NCBI GenBank assembly: GCA_963736855.1
Contig: CAVTQK010000006.1
Coordinates: 79,328-143,327, forward strand
Source of the DNA: an uncultured delta proteobacterium
GTDB taxonomy: Bacteria; Desulfobacterota; Desulfobacteria; Desulfobacterales; UBA2156
DNA length: 64,000 bases
Reading direction: 5' to 3'
Position numbers and translations under genes: made by a program. The number at the start of each line of letters is the position of its first letter. Position 1 is the stretch's first letter. The notes beneath the pieces are model-generated. The model did no database searches and was not told the origin of the DNA. It saw nothing but the letters and a program-made list of their open reading frames with translations. Shown here piece by piece: positions 54,601 to 63,157 of the stretch.

Positions 54601-55527
54601 TTAATTCACTTTAGGGCGAGGCAAAACTTTGGCCATTTCGGCGATTTCCGGGACCTTATGCTCCCACTCAATGGCCATAAGGTGCACGCCAGCCACCCCT
54701 TTCAATTCCTTAAACTCTTCGATCTGCTCCACGGCCATCTTGATTCCTTCCTCCCCCTGTTTTTTCTTGTCCACCCCCTGCAGGCGGCTGATGATCTCGT
54801 CAGGAACGTCCATCCCGGGAACCTTGTTCTTCATATACTTGGCCATGCCGATACTTTTCATGGGAGTGACCCCCGCCAGGATATAGGCTTTTTCCGTCAA
54901 CCCCATGTCGTTGGCTTGTTTGATGAATTCCCGGAATTTATTCATGTTGTAGATGCATTGGGTCTGAATGAAATCGACGCCGGCGGCGACCTTTTTGGCC
55001 AAACGATGCACCCGCCATTCAAAAGGATCGGCGAAGGGGTTCGCAGCTGCTCCGATAAACATTTTTGGAGCCCCGTCCAGATCGGCGCCGCTTAGGAATT
55101 TCCCCTCGTCCCGCATCTTTTTGACCGTAGCGATCAGCTGTATGGAGTCGATATCAAAAACTCCTTTGGCCTGAGGGTGATCCCCGAATTTGCAGTGGTC
55201 TCCGGACAGACATAAAATATTACGTATGCCGTGCGCGTAGGCACCCAGGATGTCCGACTGCATGGCAAGGCGATTCCGGTCCCGGCACACCATCTGGTAG
55301 TTGGGTTCGATTCCATCCTGGATTAAAAAAATGCAGGAAGCCCAGCTTGACATTCGGACCATTGCGGTCTGGTTATCCGTGATGTTGACCGAATCGACAT
55401 TCCCCTTCAAGAAAGCGGCCTTTTTTCGCACTTCTTCGGCGTTTGCACCCCTGGGTGGGCCCAATTCGCCGGTGAATGCAAAATGCCCTGCCCTTAAAAC
55501 CTTTTCCAAATTGCTTCCTGATTTCAT
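54601..55527 (-). CDS. metF: Methylenetetrahydrofolate reductase (acetogen/SRB-type MetF)
   Basis: MKSGSNLEKVLRAGHFAFTGELGPPRG...VNITDNQTAMVRMSS is typical of MTHFR. It is paired with the small GPCGG protein upstream. Confidence 0.8.
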   Translation of the reverse strand: MKSGSNLEKVLRAGHFAFTGELGPPRGANAEEVRKKAAFLKGNVDSVNITDNQTAMVRMSSWASCIFLIQDGIEPNYQMVCRDRNRLAMQSDILGAYAHGIRNILCLSGDHCKFGDHPQAKGVFDIDSIQLIATVKKMRDEGKFLSGADLDGAPKMFIGAAANPFADPFEWRVHRLAKKVAAGVDFIQTQCIYNMNKFREFIKQANDMGLTEKAYILAGVTPMKSIGMAKYMKNKVPGMDVPDEIISRLQGVDKKKQGEEGIKMAVEQIEEFKELKGVAGVHLMAIEWEHKVPEIAEMAKVLPRPKVN

Positions 55528-55581
55528 GGTCGTCTTTCCCTGCTATATTCCATGTTTAACGATATAAATCCCTGCCGAACA

Positions 55582-55815
55582 CTACTTCTTCTGCCCGGCG
55601 TTATCGGGTTTCGAGTATCCCGGTTGGACCAGGGTTCGAGGTCCGATGTCCTGCCAGTCATTGGCGGGATGCACCTTCATCATCAGATCGAGGCGCCCCT
55701 GCCTGGAAAGACGCTCAAAAATCATAAACCAGGCACAAGGCTGATCCGGATTGATTTCGCAGCTCCCTTTGTTGGTACCTCCGCAGGGACCGTTATACAA
55801 TCCCTTGGCGCACAT
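55582..55815 (-). CDS. metV: MTHFR C-terminal-domain zinc-ribbon protein (MetV-like)
   Basis: MCAKGLYNGPCGGTNKGSCEINPDQPCAWF signature, with the start at ATG 55815. The ORF-track extension to 55944 runs into IS-derived DNA. Confidence 0.65.
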   Translation of the reverse strand: MCAKGLYNGPCGGTNKGSCEINPDQPCAWFMIFERLSRQGRLDLMMKVHPANDWQDIGPRTLVQPGYSKPDNAGQKK

Positions 55816-55946
55816 GGTGTTATCACGGTCACACACTTCCAGGTAGTATATAATCTTTTGTGTAAATTTTAAAAAAGGGTAAAAAAAGGGCGCTTTTTCT
55901 TTAAAAGGGTTTTGGCAAAAAACACCATAAGAAAGGAAAAGCACCC

Positions 55947-56095
55947 ATGTAAGTAGAAATTAGCGTACCTGAGTTTGTAAATATTTTCAAGGAAATCCAG
56001 CAGCAGCCGGAGAATATTTTTGAGATGATCCGCGTAGAGATCAAAGAGAGCGTCGGTCAATACCTGAGCTAACTGATGGATTTGGAAAAGCACTC
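55947..56095 (+). mobile_element. IS256-family (mutator-type) transposase N-terminal fragment with two in-frame TAA stops
   Basis: Reads M*VEISVPEFVNIFKEIQQQPENIFEMIRVEIKESVGQYLS*LMDLEK, resembling IS256-type N-termini (..LMxxELTxFLG). TAA stops at 55950 and 56070. It is truncated at about 56095. Confidence 0.4.
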
Positions 56096-56973
56096 ATGCA
56101 AATGAATCTGCAGCTGCATCACGTCGTCAGCGATATTACAGGTGCCACGGGAATGAAAATCATTCGTTCAATCATTGCGGGAGAACGTTCCGCCAAAAAG
56201 CTTGCCTCCTACCGAGACGTGCGCTGCAAAAAGTCCGAGCAGACTATCTCCGATGTACTAACCGGCAACTATCGTCCAGAGCACGTTTTTGCCCTTAAAC
56301 AAGCTGTTTCGCTATATGATTTCTATCAGGGGCAGATTGCCGAGTGTGATAAAGAAATTGAAGCGATGTTATCAAAGCTGAAAACTGAAAAGCCTGCACC
56401 GAACCAGACCCTTCCCAAGGCGCGTCACCGGACCAAGCAGAAAAACGAGCCTGATTTTGCCCTTCGCCAGTCGCTTTACATGTTGGTTGAAGTGGATCTG
56501 ACTAAAAAAACGGAATCGGTGCATACACGGCCTTGCGTCTTATTGCCGAATGCGACAACGATATGGGCAAATGGCCGACATTAAAGCATTTTGCATCGTG
56601 GCTCTGCCTATCACCCGGCAATAAAATATCCGGCGGCAAGGTGCTGGCGAGCAACAAGCGTAAAACCAAGAGCAGGGCAGCAACACTTTTTCGAATAGCT
56701 GCGGTGAATGTCGGAAAAACCCAGACCGCTTTAGGTGCATTTTATCAACGTTTATCCACCAGAATCGGCAAGGCAAAAGCCGTCACTTCCACGGCCAGAA
56801 AGCTTGCCGTCTTGTTTTACAATGTGATGCGGTACGGAACATCATTTGTTGAAACCGGTTCTGATTATTACGAAAAACAGTATATAAAAAAAGTTCTGCA
56901 AAACCTGTCCCGTCGAGCAAAAGATCTGTGCTTCGAATTGATAAAGATGAAGGGACATGCTGCTGCTCCGTGA
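56096..56973 (+). mobile_element. IS110-family transposase pseudogene: 5'-truncated (catalytic DEDD domain missing) and frameshifted
   Basis: NLQLHHVVSDITGATGMKIIRSIIAGE... then NGIGAYTALRLIAECDNDMGKWPTLKHFASWLCLSPGNKISGGK...ARKLAVLFYNVMRYG (Transposase_20 region). The frame changes inside the A7 run at 56504-56510. Confidence 0.8.
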
Positions 56974-57925
56974 ATGTTTCTTAGGAAAGCCACCGCGTAC
57001 TTTGCCAAGGAGTCGCTGCACGGCATGCGGTGATGGAGGAGATGCGACTCGACTATCCGTTGGGGTGTTGTGCCGGGTATTTGGGGTATCGGCCAGCGGA
57101 TTTCATGCCAGGCGCAGCCGTGGGCCTTCTCGGAGGGCGCGGGAAGAGGGACAGTTGGAAACTGAGATCCGGGCCGCCCACAAGCGTACGCGGGAGACCT
57201 ACGGTCCGGAGCGTTTGCAGCGGGATCTGGCGGCTCACGGAGTGCATATCGGGGTACATCGGATTAAGCGCATTCGTCGCAATCTTGGCCTGCGGTGCAG
57301 GCAGAAGCGAAAATTCAAGGTTACCACCGACTCTCGGCACAGTCTGCCGGTGGCCGACAATCTGTTGAACCAGCGGTTCCAGGCCGAGGCACCCTCCCGG
57401 GCGTGGCTGAGTGACATGACTTATATTCCCACCGATGAGGGGTGGCTTTACCTGGTCGGCCACAAGGACTTGTGCACCCGCAAGATCGTCGGCCATGCCA
57501 TGGGCGAGCGCATGACTCGGAATCTTGTGATCGAGTCGCTGCTGCGGGCTGTGGAGACCACAGGATCCTGTACCGGTCTGCTTCATCACTCGGACAAGGG
57601 GAACCAGTACTGCTCTCACGAATACCGAAAGATGCTCGATTGCCTCGGGATGACGGTCTCGATGAGCGGAACCGGGAACTGTTACGACAATGCCCCTATG
57701 GAGAGCTTCTGGGCAACGCTTAAGACCGAGTTGATCTTTCATCGACGTTTCGCTACCCGACTCCAGGCCATTCGGGAAATAACCGAATACATTGAAGTGT
57801 TCTACAATAGACACAGAATTCAGAAAAAGCTGGACTATTTTTCACCAGCGGCATTCGAACACCGATTCTATGAACAGCGGTTAGCAGCATGATAAATTGG
57901 TGTCCACTATTGACGACCGATACCA
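56974..57925 (+). mobile_element. IS3-family element remnant: last ~17 codons of orfA plus DDE orfB, 5'-truncated, with an extra frame break
   Basis: orfA tail LRKATAYFAKESLHGMR*. orfB has D (WLSDMTYIP), D (HHSDKGNQY) and E (YDNAPMESFWATLKTE). The N-terminal EEMRLDYP is in a different frame from VGVLCRVFGVSASG (break near 57059). The right end, near 57925, is a guess. Confidence 0.8.
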
Positions 57926-58154
57926 AGATATGGAATTCTTCAAACTTAAAAATTTTCGCGCTCCACGAGGCAAAGTAAGCTTTAGTCGGATGAACCGAAA
58001 TTTCACTTGACAGTGCATATTTCTCCACGATATCAAAAATTTGTAAGCCTTGACAACTGCAGGTTCCCATATCTTGGGGTGCAGATGATGCCAAAATATA
58101 TTCCATGCCCGCACTTAATCCGCCCAAAAAAAAGCGAGTTGTTATCAATTTTTC

Positions 58155-58184
58155 TTGACTTATGGAGGCGTATTGATTGAGAAT
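58155..58184 (+). promoter_or_regulatory. Sigma70-like promoter candidate upstream of the hdrA-like gene
   Basis: TTGACT (58155-58160), an 18-nt spacer, then GAGAAT (58179-58184). Confidence 0.25.
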
Positions 58185-58297
58185 TAAAACTTATGTTATC
58201 TGGTTTGCTGTCAGGGTGTTGATCAAGCCAATCGACGCCCAAATGAATAAGGATATTGATGTTAACCGCCTTAAGATTAATTTTTAAAGGAGTTTTA

Positions 58298-61200
58298 CAT
58301 GACCACTAAAGTTCATGGATCTGTAATGGTAGTAGGCGGCGGAATCGCTGGAATGCAATCCGCCCTGGATCTCGCCAATTCTGGATACTATGTGTATCTT
58401 GTTGAAAAGTCCGCAGCCGTCGGAGGGTTGATGTCCCAGATTGACAAGACCTTCCCCACAAACGACTGCGCCATGTGAATTATCTCACCCAAACTGGTCG
58501 AGGTCGGCCGGCACCTCAATATTGAACTCATTACAACAGCAGAATTAATTGATTTGCAAGGCGAACCTGGGCGGTTCAGCGCTCGGATTCGCCAGGAACC
58601 CCGCTTCGTAGACCTGTTAAAGTGTACAAGCTGCGGGGAATGTGCTAAAGTTTGCCCAGTGTCACTCCCCAACGAATATGATGAAAACCTCTCCCAAAAG
58701 CACGCCGCTTACAAACAATATGCCCAGGCTATTCCGGGAGCTTATGCGATCCAAAAGGCGGATAAAGCGCCTTGCCGTTTAGCCTGCCCTGCTGGTTTGA
58801 ATGTTCAGGGATATGTCCAGATGGTTGGCCAGGGTAAATACAAGGAAGCTCTGGAAATCATCATGGAAGATCTTCCCCTGCCCGGAGTACTCGGCAGGAT
58901 TTGCCCTCATGGGTGCGAAGAAGCTTGCAGGCGGTGTCAAGTTGATGAGCCGGTTTCTATTCGTAATCTTAAGCGCCTTGCAGCAGATCAATTTGATCCG
59001 CGCAAAATAGAAATCAAATGCTTGCCAAGAAGGGAAGAAAAGGTTGCAATCATTGGATCGGGTCCGGCAGGACTTTCAGCAGCTTATCAATTGGCTCGAA
59101 AAGGAATCCTTTCGACAATTTTTGAAGCACAGCCAAAACCAGGTGGAATGTTGAGATTGGGTATCCCCGATCATCGTCTGCCTATCGAAGTTCTGGATAG
59201 AGAAATAGAAGTCATTACCAATCTGGGTGTAGAAATTAAAACCAATTCACCTCTCGGACCGGACTTGACCGTTGATGACCTTTTTAAGAAGGGCTATAAA
59301 GCGGTTTACTTGGCAATAGGCGCCCATAAAGGGATTGAACTGGGTATCCCTGGTGAAAAAGCAAAAGGCGTCCGCCAGGGCGTTGAATTTTTACGTGAAG
59401 TAAACCTTGCAGGCAAAACAACAGTTGGCAAAAAAGTTGCTGTTATCGGAGGCGGAAATGTTGCCATAGATGTTTCCCGCGCAGCAGTTCGATTAGGTGC
59501 GGAGAAGGTGATGATCATCTATCGCCGGACAAGAGCCGAAATGCCTGCCTGGGAAGAGGAAATTCAAGCGGCGGAATCAGAAGGCGTTGAAATTACATAC
59601 CTTTCAGCACCTCAGGAAATTCTTATTGAGGATGGCAAAATCGTTGGGGTGCGCTGCATCCGGATGGAACTTACAGAACCGGATTCTTCAGGACGAAGAA
59701 GACCTGTGCCGGTTCCCAGATCGGAATACGACATTGAAATCGACCAGATTATCCCTGCAATCGGTCAACGTGCGGACCTGAGTTCTATCGAAGATGTTCC
59801 GGATTTGAAATTTACACGGTGGGGAACAGTTGAAGTTGATCCCATCACTTATGCAACAGGAAAAGAAGGTGTATTTGCAGGCGGTGATCTGCAAAGCGGT
59901 CCATGGATCGCAATCGGAGCAATTGCTACCGGGAAGGAAGCTGCCGAATCCATTTTCAGATTCATAGAGGGTCGTGACATGGCAGAAGGAAGGGAAGCCA
60001 TTACCAATGAAAATCCTGTTTACCAACCCATTCCTGAAAATGAGCCTCGTAAAGCCAGGGCAAAAATGCCGCATCTTCTTTTAGAAGAGCGGAAAGACAG
60101 CTTTAAAGAAGTTGAAATGGGGTTTGATGAGACTTCGGGAAAAGAAGAAGCCAAACGATGTTTGAATTGCGGTTATTGTTGTGAGTGTTTTCAGTGTGTG
60201 GGCGCATGTCTTGCAGGCGCTATCGATCATAGCCAGGTTCCGGTGGAAAGAACCATTGATGTCGGTAGCGTAATTCTTTCACCCGGAACTGAAGTCTTTG
60301 ATCCTTCAAAGATGGATGAATTTTACCATTATAAAACAAATCCCAATGTCATGACGGCATTAGAATTTGAACGTATTTTAAGCGCTTCCGGACCAACCAT
60401 GGGACATCTGGTTCGACCCTCGGATCACAAAGAACCGAAGAGAATCGCATGGCTTCAATGTATCGGTTCAAGGGATACCAACAGATGCGGAAACAGTTAT
60501 TGTTCTTCTGTTTGTTGCACCTATGCAGTCAAAGAGGCGATGATCGCCAAAGAACATTCCCACGGCGATCTGGATTGCGCTGTATTCTATATGGATATCC
60601 GGACATTCGGAAAAGATTATGAAAAATATTATAACCGTGCTCGTCATAAAAACGGTGTTCGGTTTGTTAAAGCCAGAGTTCATACCATTAACGAGGAGCG
60701 GGACAATAAAAATTTAATCATCCGATATGCAGATGAGACCGGTCAAATTCAGGAAGAAATTTTTGACATGGTGGTTCTGTCGGTTGGGTTGGAAGTACCC
60801 AAGTCAACAATTGAATTGGCAAAACGGCTCAACATTGAACTCAATCCCCATAATTTTGCTGTAACTCCGACATTTGCCCCGGTTGAAACCACAAGACCCG
60901 GCGTTTATGCTTCCGGTATCTTCCAGGGACCAAAGGATATTCCGAGTTCGGTTACTGAAGCAAGTGCTGCGGCGTGCGCTGCGGGCACATTCATTGCCGA
61001 AGGTCGCGATACGCTAACTAAAAAAGTCGAAGTTCCTGAAGAAATTGATGTTGCAAATAAGGAACCGCGGGTAGGTGTTTTTGTTTGTAACTGCGGCATA
61101 AATATTGCGGGTGTTCTGGATTGTAATGCATTGGTGGAGTATGCCAAGAGCCTTCCTAATGTGGCTTTTGCCAAGCAAAACCTCTTTACCTGCTCCCAGG

Positions 61201-62729
61201 ACTCTCAGGAGATAATGAAGAAAGATATCGAGGAGAACAATCTTAACCGTGTAGTGGTGGCTGCATGCACCCCTAAAACCCATGAAGCCATTTTTATGAG
61301 CACGATGGAAAGTATCGGTTTAAATAAGTACCTCTTTGAAATGGCTAACATCCGCAATCAGGATTCCTGGGTTCATGCAAATAATCCGGATCTCGGCACG
61401 AAAAAAGCGAAAGAATTGATTCGCATGTCGGTGTCTAGAGCTGCCAGTTTAAATCCCCTCAAAGAAAAAGTAATCCCAGTAACCAAGCGGGCGCTTGTCA
61501 TCGGAGGCGGGATTGCCGGTATGAATGCCGCGCTTGGGATTGCACAACAGGGGTATGATGTCGCTCTTGTGGAAAAGGAAAAAGAACTCGGTGGAATGGC
61601 AAGAAATCTTTTTCATACCATTGAAGGAGATGACATCCAGGCATACCTCAAAAAATTGATCGGAGAAGTGAAAAACAAATCCAAAATCAAAGTATATACG
61701 GACGCCCGTATTACTGAATTTAAGGGCTTTAAAGGAAATTTCGTCACAACAGTCACGGTTGGAGGAGAAAAACAGGAAATTAAGCACGGCATAATTATTA
61801 TCTCAACCGGAGCTAAAGAATATCGACCCAAGGAATTCCATTATGGAGAAGATCCACGCGTTGTTACTCAGTTGGAACTGGGCAAACGATTGGAGGAAAA
61901 GGGTGCTTCAGATATTTCAACAGCGGTCATGATTCAATGTGTTGGTTCTCGGAATGAAGAAAATGAAAATTGCTCTCGTATCTGTTGCCAGAATGCAATA
62001 AAGAATGCTTTGACAATTAAAAAAACAAACCCGGATTGTCAGATTTTTGTGCTTTACCGGGATATGAGAACTTACGGATTTTTGGAAGATTATTACCTAG
62101 AAGCCAGAAATCGCGGCGTCATATTTATTCGTTTTGAGCAGGAAGAACCACCGGTCGTCAGTAGCTCATCCGAAGGTCTTGTTGTACGAGTGAAGGATCA
62201 TGTGTTGCAGAGAGACATAGAGATTTCAGCAGATATTCTAGCGCTGAGCGCAGGCGTAGTTGCAGCGGATACCGATGAACTCAGCGGCATCATGAAACTG
62301 AATCGAAGCCCTGAAGGCTTTTTTATAGAAGCCCATGTGAAACTCAGACCTGTGGACATGCCCAGCGAGGGTATTTTCCTCTGCGGTACTGCCCATTCGC
62401 CGAAACTGATATCTGAAACCATTGCCCAAGCGCAAGCAGCCGCTTCTCGGGCGATGACATTCCTTGCCAAGTCAGAACTCAAGCTTTCTGCAATCACAGC
62501 TAAAGTTGATACGGATCATTGTGTGAAGTGTTTAACATGTGTTCGTTCATGCCCATTTGGCGTGCCAGTGTTTAATGAAAAGGAAAAGGTTATTGAAATT
62601 GATGAGGCGCTCTGTCATGGGTGTGGCATTTGTGCGTGTGTTTGTCCGAGGGAAACAATACAACTCAGTTACTATGAGGATGATCAAATAACCAGTAAAA
62701 TTGACGCATTGTTGGCGGAGGGGATGTAA
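58298..62729 (+). CDS. Giant HdrA-GltD-HdrA fusion flavo-iron-sulfur protein (HdrL-type) with a TGA (Sec candidate) at 58476 and a +1 frame break at 58440-58442
   Basis: AAGGAG plus ATG 58298 encodes [17 protein letters not shown]. After a 1-nt shift the frame reads [22 protein letters not shown], then continues as ORF 58554..62729. That ORF contains a GltD/NfnB-like module ([51 protein letters not shown]) and HdrA Cys clusters ([15 protein letters not shown]). It also has a second HdrA module ([27 protein letters not shown]) and a C-terminal 2x[4Fe-4S] region ([24 protein letters not shown]). Confidence 0.75.
58494..58511 (+). promoter_or_regulatory. Candidate SECIS hairpin for TGA 58476
   Basis: CUGGUCG-AGGU-CGGCCGG (7 bp including 2 G-U pairs), starting 15 nt after the TGA. 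Folded by hand only. Confidence 0.35.
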
Positions 62730-63152
62730 TGGCAGAATTTGAACCTAAAATTATTGCATTTTGCTGTGACTATTGAGGATATTCAGCCGCGGACCTGGCA
62801 GGTTCCATGCGACTGGAATATCCAACGAACGTCAAAATAATCCGGGTGCCTTGTACCGGAAAAGTTGATGTCATGCACCTTCTAAGGGCGATTCAAAAGG
62901 GCGCAGATGGCGTTTATTGCGTGGGCTGTTTGGAAGGGGCTTGTCATTATAACGCAGGTAACCTGAGAGCCCGGGAGCGTGTTGAATATGTAAAAAAACT
63001 TCTCAGAAGAGGTAGGGTTGGAGGGTGATAGGGTCAGGATGTATAATCTGACATCGGGTGAAGGTCCAACTTTTGCTGCATATGCAAAAGAAATGACCGA
63101 AAATATCAAAGCGCTGGGACCCAATCCATTAAAGAAATACACAACAACCTAA
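62729..63152 (+). CDS. mvhD: MvhD-like (methyl-viologen-reducing hydrogenase delta subunit family) protein with a TGA (Sec candidate) at 62774 and a +1 frame break near the A7 run at 62992-62998
   Basis: ATG overlaps the hdrA-like stop (TAATG). Reads [49 protein letters not shown]...GADGVYCVGCLEGACHY...EYVKK, then in the next frame EEVGLEGDRVRMYNLTSGEGPTFAAYAKEMTENIKALGPNP. The MvhD consensus is FCCNWCSYAGADLAG. Confidence 0.7.
62788..62811 (+). promoter_or_regulatory. Candidate SECIS hairpin for TGA 62774
   Basis: CGC-GGACC-UGGCA-GGU(U)CC-AU-GCG, with a bulged U, starting 11 nt after the TGA. Folded by hand only. Confidence 0.4.
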
Positions 63153-63157
63153 ATAAT

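Noticed and set aside
57923-58077. 11-bp inverted repeat CCAAGATATGG / CCATATCTTGG separated by about 133 bp next to the IS3 end
   Set aside because: It is short enough to occur by chance. There is no target duplication and no second copy in the window.
57930-58148. 5' part of minus-strand ORF 57753..58148 (MITTRFFLGGLSAGMEYILASSAPQDMGTCSCQG...), possibly a gene truncated by the IS3 element and perhaps CCG-domain-like
   Set aside because: I cannot assign it to a family. The resemblance to HdrB motifs (YFPGC / CCG) is too loose, and its 3' part overlaps the IS3 orfB.
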